Assembly (NCBI GenBank): GCA_035495795.1
Contig: DATJFF010000009.1
Coordinates: 9,394 to 73,393 of the forward strand
DNA: 64,000 bases
Reading direction: 5' to 3'
DNA from: Vicinamibacterales bacterium
Lineage (GTDB): Bacteria > Acidobacteriota > Vicinamibacteria > Vicinamibacterales > UBA2999
The translations under genes were made by a program, and so were the position numbers. Shown here piece after piece: positions 8,546 to 18,422 of this stretch (positions are counted from its first letter, which is position 1; each line of letters begins with the position of its first letter). The notes below the pieces were generated by a model. It had not been told where the DNA came from. It made no database searches and saw nothing but the letters and a program-made list of their open reading frames with translations.

Positions 8546-9508
8546 TCATGGCCGGAAAAACAGCCACTGCCAGCCGACCGCGAGTGTGTGGAAGTCGGTG
8601 CCGGTCCGCACGACGACGCCGGTGCTGTAGGAGATCTTGAACGACTGGCGCTGTCCGACTGGCAGCGAGAGGGTGGTGCCGAGACGTGAATTGCTGACGG
8701 CCCCCGCCGGCGCGCCTCCCTCCACCTGCGTGCTGCCACCGGAATACCAGGTGCCATCGGCCGCCAGCCAGAGCCGCGGCTTGAAGGTGTAGCTGACGTG
8801 GCCCTGGATCGCCACGACCGGATCCTGGGTGCGGCGCAGCCCGCCGGGATAGAAATCGCCGTTGGGCGTGAACAGCCAGACGCCGGCGTAGGCATCCACG
8901 TCCCACGGCCCGATCGGTACCGACACCCCGGCTTCGGGTTTGAACCCCCACCGGTGCGCGCCGAGGTTGATCAGTTTGCTGTCGTCGTACTGGCCGGTCG
9001 GTGCGATCACCGTCAGGCTGGCGCCGACGATGGTGCGGGACGGCGCCTTGATGAATTCGCGAAGGCGCATGGCGTCGTTGCCGCGCAGGTTCATCGACAG
9101 CTTGAATCGCGAATCGGCAAGGCCCTGACGTTCTATACGCCGCGCGTCTTCTCCCACGATGCCGGTCATCGTGCCCCACGCGACGGGCAGCACGGCGGAG
9201 GCCAGCGCCAGCTTTCCGAACAGTCCGAACGTCGTGCCGACACCGAATCCGACGCCGCCGATTCGCGCGTCGACGTCCCTTATCGGGAGCGTTGGATCGA
9301 ACACCACCGACCCCGTGTTCCGGGATCCGGCCACCACCACGAACGTGGTCCCGACCGGACTGGCGGAGTATGCCTTCGGCTCCATGTCCTGCGCGGACAC
9401 GGGGACCGCGACGATCAACAGGAGCGCCGGGAACGTGAAGCGCGAGAGGGGCAACAAGCTGGAGTGTAACTCGCGAGCGGCCGTTTTCCGTGTTGTGAGC
9501 GACGCCAT
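8546..9508 (-). CDS. Outer-membrane beta-barrel channel (MetA-pathway/phenol-degradation transporter-like)
   Basis: 320 aa. Signal peptide ...ALLLIVAVPVSAQD. Alternating beta-strand pattern, aromatic girdles, and a C-terminal ...LAVGWQWLFFRP. The family name comes from overall resemblance only. Confidence 0.7.
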   Translation of the reverse strand: MASLTTRKTAARELHSSLLPLSRFTFPALLLIVAVPVSAQDMEPKAYSASPVGTTFVVVAGSRNTGSVVFDPTLPIRDVDARIGGVGFGVGTTFGLFGKLALASAVLPVAWGTMTGIVGEDARRIERQGLADSRFKLSMNLRGNDAMRLREFIKAPSRTIVGASLTVIAPTGQYDDSKLINLGAHRWGFKPEAGVSVPIGPWDVDAYAGVWLFTPNGDFYPGGLRRTQDPVVAIQGHVSYTFKPRLWLAADGTWYSGGSTQVEGGAPAGAVSNSRLGTTLSLPVGQRQSFKISYSTGVVVRTGTDFHTLAVGWQWLFFRP

Positions 9509-9528
9509 CGAGTGTCGCCCCGGCGTGA

Positions 9529-10578
9529 TCAGACCCCGGCAAACTCCACGATGACCTTGATGTCGTCCGGATCCCGGTGCAGGGCAGGGAGGAACCGCTC
9601 CGGAGGTTCACGCCGCGTAATCAGCCGCGACAGCCAGGTGCGGTCGGCGCGGGCGAGCACCTCGCTGGCCCTGTACCAATGCCGCTTGTTGGCGTTCACG
9701 CTGCCGACGACGACGTTGTTCTGGAGCACCATGGTGGCCGCAACATCGGCGGTGGAGAATCCGGTCGTGCGGCCGCCGGTTCCGACTCCGGTCAGGCACA
9801 CTATCCCGCCGGCCCCAACCTTGCGGACCGAATCGGCGATCACCTGCCCGACGCCGGTGCACTCGACGATCACATCGGGCTCGAAGGGCAGCTCGGAGAC
9901 CGCGCCGCTGTGAAACGTCGCGCCAAGCGCGCGCACCAGCTCGGGTTTCAGTCCGGTTGAGACGCGGTCGAGCACATGGACCTCGAGGCCATGCTGCACG
10001 GCGACCAGCGCGGCGAGCAGCCCGATCGGCCCGGCACCCGTGACCAGGACGACATGCGGCTCCCAGAAGGCCCGCTGTCCGACCGCTGCCACCTGCTCCC
10101 AGGCCTTGGCGACGACCGTCGTCGGCTCGAGCAGCACTCCGAGAAGGCCCAGCGACCGGTCGACGCGGATCGCGTACTCCGGCTCGATACGCCAGCGCTC
10201 CGACATGAAGCCGTCGATCGCCTTGATGCCGCGTTCCGTGTACTGGCCGTTGCGGCACATGTCCCACTCGCCGACCGCGCAGTTCGGGCACGGTACGGGA
10301 TCAGGACGACGCACGATGCCGACGACCAGATCGCCGGCCCGAAGGCTGCGGCTGGAACCGGGGTCGATGACGCGCCCGAGTGATTCGTGACCGAGCACCA
10401 GGCGACTTCGACCGGGAGGCGCCCAGCCGTACTTGCCTTCGACCATCTCGACATCGGTACCGCAGACACCGACCGCAATGGCTTCGACCAGCACCGAGCC
10501 ATCGTGCGGATCCGGCTCTGGAATGTCTTCGAGGCGAGCGCTCCCGGCGGTGAGCGGTTCGACCGTGATTGCCTTCAT
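9529..10578 (-). CDS. Zn-dependent medium-chain dehydrogenase, glucose 1-dehydrogenase-like
   Basis: The ORF track extends to 11592. The real start is ATG 10578-10576 (MKAITVEP...), preceded by GGAGAGGG. 349 aa. Zn motif GVCGTD...GHE, structural-Zn cysteines CPNCAVGEWDMC, Rossmann GAGPIG. Confidence 0.85.
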   Translation of the reverse strand: MKAITVEPLTAGSARLEDIPEPDPHDGSVLVEAIAVGVCGTDVEMVEGKYGWAPPGRSRLVLGHESLGRVIDPGSSRSLRAGDLVVGIVRRPDPVPCPNCAVGEWDMCRNGQYTERGIKAIDGFMSERWRIEPEYAIRVDRSLGLLGVLLEPTTVVAKAWEQVAAVGQRAFWEPHVVLVTGAGPIGLLAALVAVQHGLEVHVLDRVSTGLKPELVRALGATFHSGAVSELPFEPDVIVECTGVGQVIADSVRKVGAGGIVCLTGVGTGGRTTGFSTADVAATMVLQNNVVVGSVNANKRHWYRASEVLARADRTWLSRLITRREPPERFLPALHRDPDDIKVIVEFAGV

Positions 10579-10634
10579 GTGGGGGTCCCTCTCCAGTTCA
10601 CCCGTGGATCCCGGTCGAACGCCTGAGCCTGGCG

Positions 10635-11924
10635 TTACTGAGCGCGGGCGCGCATCGCCGTGATCACACGATTGGTGACCTTCGCGCCGAGCAGCGTCTT
10701 GAGTCCGGCCGGCGAGAGATCGAAGCTCACGGCCTTGGCGCTGTTGATCGCGGCGATGAGGTTCTCCTCGTCCAGGCCAGCGGCGCGCAAATCGATTACG
10801 TCCTTGTTCGTCATCGTCACCGCGGATTCTGCGACCACCGGAGGCGCCGGAGGTGGTCCGGTCGGTGTTGCCGAGCGCTGCGAAACCGGACGCGCCGGCG
10901 TCATCATCTTGGCCTGCTGATAGAGCTCCGCCAGCCGCGCGTACGAGGCGACGCTCTGCTGAATGCGCGCGCCGGCGTCGACGACGTATTTCTCGTTCGG
11001 GTTCTGCTGGACGGCCTGCAGAACGAGGCGATGGGCGAGCGAGAGGCCCGTCGACTGATCCTCCACCTCGTTCGACTCGTAGGCGATGGCCTCGTGCGCG
11101 ACCGCGAGGTTGTGCAGGCGATATGAGTCCTTCTTCCGATCGCGATGCGGCTTGAGCGCCTCCAGCGCCGACAGCCACTCCTGCCAGCGCCGATTTCGCG
11201 CGATGTCGTTCAAGTCGTCCACCTCGTCGCTGCGCGCGAGCAGCACGCGCACTGGTTCGCGGCCCGGCGTCACGCGGCCCGCGGCCCGTCGGACCGCGTT
11301 GTCGATCAGTATGTCCTCGACCGCCGCACGCGACGGCGGACCAGCCTTCACCAGATGCTCTTCCTGCACCGTATAGCGCGCGCTCTCGTCGGCGAGCGGT
11401 GCGCCGCCAGCCCGGCGCTTCACCTCGATGCGGAGCCCTGCCGCGCCGTTGATCACGACCGAGGGCTCGTTGTGTCCGTATTCGTAGACGGGCTCCGTTT
11501 TGTAACGCCCGTCCTTGTCTCGCACTTGTTTGGTGCCGATCTGCCGCTGCTCTGACACGTATTTCGTGCTGCTGCGGCGCGACTCGTTCCATTCCGTCAC
11601 GGTTGCGGTCACGACGAAATCACCTGGGCTGGGCACCACGTCCAGGCGCGAATCGTTGTCAGTCAACTGACGGCCCAACAGCTCGCGCACACGGTCCACG
11701 ACGCGGGCCGGAGCCGGGCTCGTGTTCTGCACCTGCAGCTCCACGGTGCCCGGCGGCAGCAGCAAGGCCGGCGGCACGATTGGCGACAGCGTGATTTCGG
11801 CGGTCTCGGCAAAGATGCCGCGGCGGAACTGGGCGGAGGAAGGAGCCGCAAAGGCGAGCACCACGACGAGTGAGAGGAGCGCGCGTCGTTGAGTCACGAT
11901 CGAGCTGCGGACGGAGAATATCAT
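10635..11924 (-). CDS. Hypothetical exported protein
   Basis: The ORF track extends to 12890, but that part is antisense shadow of the divergent gene. ATG 11924-11922 gives 429 aa with signal peptide LSLVVVLAFAAPSSAQ. A Pro-rich linker (PTGPPPAPP) precedes a ~55-aa C-terminal helical module (DVIDLRAAGLDEENLIAAINSAKAVSFDLSPAGLKTLLGAKV). No family recognised. Confidence 0.7.
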   Translation of the reverse strand: MIFSVRSSIVTQRRALLSLVVVLAFAAPSSAQFRRGIFAETAEITLSPIVPPALLLPPGTVELQVQNTSPAPARVVDRVRELLGRQLTDNDSRLDVVPSPGDFVVTATVTEWNESRRSSTKYVSEQRQIGTKQVRDKDGRYKTEPVYEYGHNEPSVVINGAAGLRIEVKRRAGGAPLADESARYTVQEEHLVKAGPPSRAAVEDILIDNAVRRAAGRVTPGREPVRVLLARSDEVDDLNDIARNRRWQEWLSALEALKPHRDRKKDSYRLHNLAVAHEAIAYESNEVEDQSTGLSLAHRLVLQAVQQNPNEKYVVDAGARIQQSVASYARLAELYQQAKMMTPARPVSQRSATPTGPPPAPPVVAESAVTMTNKDVIDLRAAGLDEENLIAAINSAKAVSFDLSPAGLKTLLGAKVTNRVITAMRARAQ

Positions 11925-11984
11925 CGATGTCCGCGTGAAACGGTGTTCTGAACGATACTTCCAGGTCGTGCAATTAGGCATAAG

Positions 11985-12740
11985 GTGATGCCGATGAAGG
12001 CAATCCGCATTCTGGGTATCGCCCTGCTGGGCGGCACCGTCGGTATGGCGACAACTCTCAGCGCCGGGCGGCAGCTCGCGGCCGCTGCCGGGCAACCGGA
12101 TCCCGTGGCCGCTCTCAAGCAGTCGATTGGCGAGGGCACGAAGAAGCTCGCGCAGTACGAGTGGGTGGAAACCACCGTCATCAAGCTCAAGGGCGAGGAA
12201 AAGACTCGCAAGCAGAATCGCTGCTACTACGGCGCGGACGGCAAGGTGCAGAAGGTCGCGATCGGCGACGCGCCGAAGTCCGAGCAGGGCGCCGGCGGTG
12301 GCCGGCCCGGGAAGAGAGGCGGCGCGGTCAAGGCCAAAATCATCGAGAACAAGAAGGAGGACATGCAGGAGTACATGCAACAGGCCGCGGCGCTGATCCA
12401 CTCGTACGTGCCGCCGCAGCCGGAGCAGATTCAGGCCGTCAAGGATGGTGGCCGCCTCGCGGTGAACCCGCAGCCGGGTGGCAAGGCGCGCATCGAGATG
12501 AAGCAGTACCTCAAGCCGGGCGACAGCCTGACGATCGATCTCGATACCGCCGCCAACCGCTTGCTCGGCCTCGGAGTCAACAGTTACCTGGACAAGCCGG
12601 ACGAACCCGTCACGCTCGCCGTCGAGATGAACTCGCTGCCCGACGGCGCTCTCTACGCAGCGCAGACGACGCTCGACGCCAAGGCCAAGAACATCCAGGT
12701 CGTGATCACCAACTCGGGCCACAAGCCGGTGGCGCGCTGA
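11985..12740 (+). CDS. Hypothetical exported protein
   Basis: 251 aa. The listed start is GTG 11985. ATG 11988 or ATG 11994 (MKAIRIL..., AAGG 8 nt upstream) are at least as likely. Signal peptide, then a beta-rich mature part. Lies 52 nt upstream of the ADOP permease. Confidence 0.7.
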   Translation: MMPMKAIRILGIALLGGTVGMATTLSAGRQLAAAAGQPDPVAALKQSIGEGTKKLAQYEWVETTVIKLKGEEKTRKQNRCYYGADGKVQKVAIGDAPKSEQGAGGGRPGKRGGAVKAKIIENKKEDMQEYMQQAAALIHSYVPPQPEQIQAVKDGGRLAVNPQPGGKARIEMKQYLKPGDSLTIDLDTAANRLLGLGVNSYLDKPDEPVTLAVEMNSLPDGALYAAQTTLDAKAKNIQVVITNSGHKPVAR

Positions 12741-12792
12741 ACCGCGAGTCGGGCTTTCGAACGATCCGGGACCGTCCTCCGTCCAACTCCTG

Positions 12793-15219
12793 ATGCGAAA
12801 CATCCGATACGCTCTGCGCTCCTTCAGCCGGCAGCCGGTCTTCACCCTGGTCGCGGTCCTGACGCTTGCGATCGGCATCGGCGCGAACACGGCGATCTTC
12901 AGCCTGCTGTACCAGATTCTGCTGAAGCCGTTGCCTTACGCCGATCCGGATCGCCTGGTGTTCATCTGGAACAGCTACCCGAAGACGGGCCTGGGTCAGG
13001 CGAGCGTGTCGATCCCGGATTACCTGGACCGCAGGGAGCAGGCTCCAGCGCTGGCTGACGGAACACTCTTTACGCAGCGAAGCGTGAGCCTGGTCGAGGG
13101 TGGACCACCCGAGCAGGTCAGGGCCTTGCGGGTCACCCCCTCGTTCTTCTCGACGCTGGGCCGTGACCCGCTGCTGGGCCGGAGGTTTTCCGAGCAGGAC
13201 GCCCAACCCGGCGCCGATCAGTTCGCGATCCTCACCTACGGCCTGTGGAGCGCGCGTTTTGGCTCGGACCAGGGGATTGTCGGGCGCGACGTCCGCGTCG
13301 ACGGCACGCCCTACCGCGTTGTCGGCGTGCTTCCTGCTGACTTCGAGCTGCCCTCCCGCGATGTGTCCCTGCTGGTGCCCTTTGCCTTTTCCGACCGGGA
13401 TCGGTCCGACCAGAGCCGCGGCAACGAGTTCAGCGCCATGATTGGGCGCCTCGCACCAGGCGCGACGAGGGAGCAGCTGGACGCCCAGATGAAGGCCATC
13501 GTCGGGCGCGTGGCGGCGCGCCTGCCGGAGCGGCGCGGCTTCATCGAGACGAGCGGCTTCACGGGCTACACGGTGCCGATCCGCGATCAGCTCGTCGGCG
13601 ACATGCGGACCCCGCTCCTGGTGCTGCAGATCGGCGTCGCTCTCGTCCTCCTGATCGCCTGCGTGAACGTCGCGAACCTGATGTTGATGCGGGCCACCGG
13701 GCGGCAACGCGAGGTCGCGATCCGCACCGCAGTCGGCGCCGGCCGCGGCCACCTCGTCCGCCAGATGCTGACCGAAGGCCTGGTCCTTGCCGGCCTTGGC
13801 GCGGTGGGCGGGCTGCTCATCGGCTTCGCCGGCCTGCGTGCTCTGATTGCCCTGGTGTCGGCCCAGCTTCCGGTCGCGCCCGACGTTTCGCTGAATCTGC
13901 CGGTCCTGGCGTTCACCATCGTCGTCGCCGTCGCGACCGGATTGGTCTTCGGGCTCGTGCCCGCAGGGTCGGCTATCGGCACCGAGCTGGAAACCACCTT
14001 GAGGGACGAGAGCGGGCGCACATCGGCGGCACGGCACACCAGTGTGGCGCGCGCAGCGCTGGTCGTGTCCGAGGTAGCGTTTGCGGTGATGCTGCTCGTC
14101 GGCGCCGGCCTGATGGTCAAGAGTCTGGCGCGGCTGCAGGAGGTGAACCCGGGCTTCTCGGCGGAGAACGTGTTGACCGCCCAGCTCGCGTTGCCAGGGC
14201 CGCGCTATCCCGATCCCGCGGCGCGCAAGACGTTCTGGACCCGGCTCCTCGACGGGGTTGGCCGTCTCCCGGGTGTGACCGCCGTGGGTCTCACCACCAA
14301 CGTGCCGTTCAACGGCATGGTCGGCTCGGGCTCGTACGACATCGTCGGCTACACCCCGCCCGCCGGTCAGGCTTCCCCGCACGGCCGTCAGGAAATCGTC
14401 GGCGGTGACTACTTCCGGGCGATGCAGATCCCGCTGGTTCGAGGCCGCTTCTTCAGCGATGCCGACGATACCGACAGCCCGCCGGTCGTCGTCATCGACG
14501 AGTATCTGGTCAACCGCTACTTCAAGGACAAGGACCCGATCGGCCAGCAGATTCGCCGCGGAGGGCCGACCTCAACGGCGTTCACAATCATCGGCGTGGC
14601 CGGCACTATCAACACAATCGATCTCGGCCAACCGGTAGAGAAGGAGCGCATCTACTATCCGCTGCGCCAGCAGCCGTTCGCCAGCATGGGCCTGGTCGTC
14701 AAAACCGGCCTCGATCCCACGAGGCTGGTTTCGTCGGTTCGCGGGGCCGTCCGCGCGATCGATCCCGAGCAGCCGATCGCCGACGTACGGACGATGAACC
14801 AGTGGATCAGCCAGTCGCTGCAGACGCGTCAGGCGCCGGCGGTACTGCTGGCGCTCTTCGGTGGTGTCGCGCTGGTGCTGGCCGGCATCGGCATCTACGG
14901 CGTCCTGGCGTTCGGCGTCGCGCAGCGGACGCGCGAATTCGGCATCCGCCAGGCACTTGGCGCCAACCAGGACACGATCGTCGGGATGGTCCTGGCGCAA
15001 GGGGTGAAGACGGCCCTGGCTGGCATGGCCCTCGGGCTCGTCGGCGCGTTGGCGGTGACGCGCTTTCTCGAGAGCCAGCTCTTCGGGGTGGGGACACGCG
15101 ATCCAATCGTCTTTGCGGGAGCGGCTGGAGTTCTGCTTGCGGTCGCCCTCCTGGCCTGCTACCTGCCCGCCCGAGCCACGACCCGGATCGATCCTGTGAC
15201 GGCGTTGCGGGACTCCTGA
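12793..15219 (+). CDS. ADOP-family duplicated orphan permease (MacB/FtsX-like, no adjacent ATPase)
   Basis: 808 aa. The N-terminus MRNIRYALRSFSRQPVFTLVAVLTLAIGIGANTAIFS is the typical family signature. Two copies of TM + large periplasmic domain + FtsX 3-TM bundle. No ABC ATPase gene in the neighbourhood. Confidence 0.9.
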   Translation: MRNIRYALRSFSRQPVFTLVAVLTLAIGIGANTAIFSLLYQILLKPLPYADPDRLVFIWNSYPKTGLGQASVSIPDYLDRREQAPALADGTLFTQRSVSLVEGGPPEQVRALRVTPSFFSTLGRDPLLGRRFSEQDAQPGADQFAILTYGLWSARFGSDQGIVGRDVRVDGTPYRVVGVLPADFELPSRDVSLLVPFAFSDRDRSDQSRGNEFSAMIGRLAPGATREQLDAQMKAIVGRVAARLPERRGFIETSGFTGYTVPIRDQLVGDMRTPLLVLQIGVALVLLIACVNVANLMLMRATGRQREVAIRTAVGAGRGHLVRQMLTEGLVLAGLGAVGGLLIGFAGLRALIALVSAQLPVAPDVSLNLPVLAFTIVVAVATGLVFGLVPAGSAIGTELETTLRDESGRTSAARHTSVARAALVVSEVAFAVMLLVGAGLMVKSLARLQEVNPGFSAENVLTAQLALPGPRYPDPAARKTFWTRLLDGVGRLPGVTAVGLTTNVPFNGMVGSGSYDIVGYTPPAGQASPHGRQEIVGGDYFRAMQIPLVRGRFFSDADDTDSPPVVVIDEYLVNRYFKDKDPIGQQIRRGGPTSTAFTIIGVAGTINTIDLGQPVEKERIYYPLRQQPFASMGLVVKTGLDPTRLVSSVRGAVRAIDPEQPIADVRTMNQWISQSLQTRQAPAVLLALFGGVALVLAGIGIYGVLAFGVAQRTREFGIRQALGANQDTIVGMVLAQGVKTALAGMALGLVGALAVTRFLESQLFGVGTRDPIVFAGAAGVLLAVALLACYLPARATTRIDPVTALRDS

Positions 15220-15339
15220 ACTTGCTCGCGGCCTCTCTGGCTGCTTCTCGCCGCGCCCTAGTAGGCTCTGCGGCTCAGGCGTGGCATTGCATTTTCGTGG
15301 CGCAGTCTCATAAGCTCACTCACCGGCTAAACCCACGAT

Positions 15340-16626
15340 ATGAATGCACTGTTGAAGCTGTTCATGGTCGCCGCCGTGGCTGCAGGATCGGCAACGTCCG
15401 CAGCGGCACAGCCGTCAGAACCCCCTCCCCCTGCTCCAGCCGACACCACGATCGCGTCAGGGCTCGAGCAGTCCGCCGCCAACCCTGAGCAGTCGCCGCC
15501 GACGCGGCAGGCGGCGATCGAGGAGGAGCAGGCGGCGAAAGCGGCAAAGCCGGAGCCCTACACGCCGAGCAGGGCCGAGCTGATCTTTCGCCGGGTGGAC
15601 ACCATCCTGGAAGGCGGGACGCTGCGGTGGCACCCGTTCTTCGACAGTGCCTACAACGGCGGCGGGTTCACGCTCGGCGTCGGCCACGCCAGCTACGTGA
15701 GCGCGTACAACTACATCGACGTGCGCGGCAGCTACTCGATCCTGGGCTACAAGCGCGCCGAGGCGGAGTTCGTCGCGCCGCGGCTGTTCGACCGCCGGGC
15801 GCACTTGTCTGTGCTTGGCGGCTGGCGCGAGGCGACACAGGTCGGGTTCTTCGGCATTGGCACGAACACGTCGATTGACGACCGCACGAACTACCTGTTT
15901 CAGCAGCCGTACGGCTCGGCGCTCCTCACGGTTTTGCCGACCCGCAAGGTCCTGATGCTGCGCGGGGGTGTCGAGTTCACCCAGTGGTCCCAGCAGCCCG
16001 GTGAGGGTTCGTCCCCTTCAGTCGAGGAACGGTACACGCCCGAGACGCTCCCCGGACTGGGTGCGAAAGTGAACTACCTGCACACCCAGGGCACCGTCGG
16101 ACTCGACTGGCGCACCTCTCCAGAGTACAGCCGCCGCGGCGCCTTCCTCGGGGTAACCCTGCACGACTACAAGGATCGGGACAACGCATTCGGCTTTCAG
16201 ATGGTCCAATACGACGGGATTGCGCACGTCCCCATCCTGCGCGAGGCCTGGGTACTCTCGTTCCACGGCCGGGTCCAGACCGCAGTCGAGAAGGACGGTC
16301 AGCAGATCCCGTTCTTCATGCTGCCGTCGCTCGGCGGAGGGTCCAACCTGCGCGCCTACAGCAGCTGGCGGTTCCGCGACGACAACAGTCTGCTGCTCCA
16401 GGCGGAGTGGCGCATCATGGTCAATCGCTACCTCGACCTGGCCTTTTTCTACGATGCCGGCAAAGTCACCGCACACCGGTCGGATCTCGACTTCAACGGG
16501 CTGAAGGACGATTTCGGCGTCGGCGCGCGATTCCACGGGCCGTTCTCGACGCCCCTCCGCATCGAGGTGGCCAGCAGCCGCGAAACCCGATTCAATCTGA
16601 TCTTCGCGATGTCGGCCGCGTTCTGA
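15340..16626 (+). CDS. Omp85/D15-superfamily outer-membrane beta-barrel without room for POTRA repeats
   Basis: 428 aa. Signal peptide, Ala/Pro/Glu-rich linker, then barrel-like sequence with LPSLGGGSNLRAYSSWRFRDDN (the Omp85 LGG..LRGY-type motif) and an aromatic C-terminus ...LIFAMSAAF. Confidence 0.7.
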   Translation: MNALLKLFMVAAVAAGSATSAAAQPSEPPPPAPADTTIASGLEQSAANPEQSPPTRQAAIEEEQAAKAAKPEPYTPSRAELIFRRVDTILEGGTLRWHPFFDSAYNGGGFTLGVGHASYVSAYNYIDVRGSYSILGYKRAEAEFVAPRLFDRRAHLSVLGGWREATQVGFFGIGTNTSIDDRTNYLFQQPYGSALLTVLPTRKVLMLRGGVEFTQWSQQPGEGSSPSVEERYTPETLPGLGAKVNYLHTQGTVGLDWRTSPEYSRRGAFLGVTLHDYKDRDNAFGFQMVQYDGIAHVPILREAWVLSFHGRVQTAVEKDGQQIPFFMLPSLGGGSNLRAYSSWRFRDDNSLLLQAEWRIMVNRYLDLAFFYDAGKVTAHRSDLDFNGLKDDFGVGARFHGPFSTPLRIEVASSRETRFNLIFAMSAAF

Positions 16627-16636
16627 GGTCATTGCC

Positions 16637-18328
16637 ATGTTCATGTCGCATGTCTCGTCACGCGCACGCCGGGCCGGAATCCTGGCGCTGTCGGTTGCCG
16701 CGATTGGCGTGTTCGCTCCTGCCGCCTCGACCCAGAGCGTGCGCTTTTTTGCCGACGATCCGATCGCCCGCGAACCTGAATCGCAGGACGCCTCGAAGGT
16801 GTCCGTCTACGACCACTCGCAGATGTACGAGCTGATCTACAACCTGTTCAGCAACGCCGGCCACGAGCCGAGCGGCCTGCGGGCCAAGAACATCAACACG
16901 ATCGACGAGGTGCCCGACTCGAGCTGGTTCACCAACCGGATCGGGACCAGGACGCTCACGAATGAAGAGCTCGCCCGCGGCCCCAATGTCGGCGCGCCGC
17001 CCGACCCGTCGAAATGGGTGCTGATCCGGGAAAAGATCTCGGGCGTCCACCCGGGCTTCACAGCGACGGACGCCAGGGGCGAGACGTGGTTCCTGGAATT
17101 CGATCCGGATCACTACCCGGAAGGCGCCACGGCAGCCGTCCAGATCGCGACCAAGGTGTTCTGGGCGCTTGGCTACAACCAGGTGGAATCGTTCCTGACG
17201 ACGTTCGATCCCCGCAACGTCTCGGTCGACCCGAAGGCCACCATTCGCCGCCCGAACGGCAAGAGAACGCCGTTCACCCGAGACGACATGAACGCCGTCC
17301 TCGAGACCAGCGCCCGCAACCGGGACGGGAGCTATCGCGTGATCGCCGGCCGGCTGCTGCCCGGCAAGATACTCGGCCCCTACCGGTACGACGGCACGCG
17401 CGGCGACGATCCCAACGATCTCGTGCCGCACGAGCACCGGCGCGAGTTGCGGGGCCTGCGCGTCTTCGCGGCGTGGACGAACCTCACCGACTTCAAGGCC
17501 CAGAACACCCTCGACACCCTCGTCACCGAGAACGGTAAGGCGATCGTCAAGCACTACTTGCAGGACGTCGGCTCTACTTTCGGGATGTGCAACGACTATC
17601 ACGAGTGGGACCTCAGCTGGGAATACTTCTATGAGGGTGGTCCGTCCAAGAAGCGTCTCTTCACCCTCGGGTTCGGGCTGAGCCCGTGGCAGACCGTGCA
17701 CTATGAGGAGTACCCCTCTGTCGGCAAGTTCGAAGGCAAGGTCTTCGATCCGAGAAAATGGCGGCCACAGACGCCAACCCTGGCCTACATGGAGATGCGC
17801 GACGACGACGCGTTCTGGGCGGCGAGGCGGATCGCGGCCTTCACCGATGACATGATCAGGACCGCCGTCCACACCGGGCAGTTCAGCGATCCCGCGGCCG
17901 AGAAGTACCTTGCCGATACGCTGATCCAGCGTCGGGACACGATCAAGAAGATTTACCTGACGGCGGTGAATCCGATCGTCGCCCCGCGCCTCGACGCGAA
18001 GGGACTGACGTTCGAGAACGCGGCGGTCGCTGCCGGCGTTGCCCAGGGCGCCGTGGCGTACCGGGCCTCGTGGATGGTCTTCGACAACGCGACCGGGGCG
18101 ACCCGCCCGCTGGCCGAGACGAAGAGCGAGACGACGACAATCGCGGCGCCGAACGGCCTGCCGTCGACCGGCTTCGTGGCCGTGGACGTCGCCGCGGACA
18201 GTGACACGTACCCGACGTGGAAACAGCCGGTGCGCGCCTACTTCAGCCAGAACGGTGGCAACTGGAAACTGGTCGGCCTCGATCGGCTTCCGGAGAAACC
18301 GAGCGCGGCGCGCGACAAGACGCATTGA
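16637..18328 (+). CDS. Exported protein of unknown function with a protein-kinase-like catalytic-loop pattern
   Basis: 563 aa. Starts 10 nt after the barrel gene. Signal peptide ...VFAPAASTQS. Conserved-looking NTIDEVPDSSWFTNR. Segment AAWTNLTDFKAQNTLD...YLQDVGSTFG resembles D-x-K-x-x-N plus D-x-G. See findings. Confidence 0.75.
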   Translation: MFMSHVSSRARRAGILALSVAAIGVFAPAASTQSVRFFADDPIAREPESQDASKVSVYDHSQMYELIYNLFSNAGHEPSGLRAKNINTIDEVPDSSWFTNRIGTRTLTNEELARGPNVGAPPDPSKWVLIREKISGVHPGFTATDARGETWFLEFDPDHYPEGATAAVQIATKVFWALGYNQVESFLTTFDPRNVSVDPKATIRRPNGKRTPFTRDDMNAVLETSARNRDGSYRVIAGRLLPGKILGPYRYDGTRGDDPNDLVPHEHRRELRGLRVFAAWTNLTDFKAQNTLDTLVTENGKAIVKHYLQDVGSTFGMCNDYHEWDLSWEYFYEGGPSKKRLFTLGFGLSPWQTVHYEEYPSVGKFEGKVFDPRKWRPQTPTLAYMEMRDDDAFWAARRIAAFTDDMIRTAVHTGQFSDPAAEKYLADTLIQRRDTIKKIYLTAVNPIVAPRLDAKGLTFENAAVAAGVAQGAVAYRASWMVFDNATGATRPLAETKSETTTIAAPNGLPSTGFVAVDVAADSDTYPTWKQPVRAYFSQNGGNWKLVGLDRLPEKPSAARDKTH

Positions 18329-18402
18329 CGGAGTCGCGCCGCTGGTGCCCGAACCCGTCGGCGATGAGTAGCTGACGACACATCGATGTTTCCAGTCTAA
18401 CG

Positions 18403-18422
18403 AGCCCTTCGAGGAAGGGCTA
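18403..18422 (+). terminator. Possible stem-loop terminator after the 563-aa gene
   Basis: AGCCCTTC-GAGG-GAAGGGCT, an 8-bp perfect stem 75 nt after the stop. There is no following T tract, so this is weak. Confidence 0.3.

Noticed and set aside
15282-15297. Sigma-54-like promoter TGGCATTGCATTTTCG upstream of the Omp85-like gene.
   Set aside because: The -24 TGGCA element is good, but the -12 element reads TTTCG instead of TTGC(A/T), so the conserved GC is lost. No enhancer-binding protein gene is nearby.
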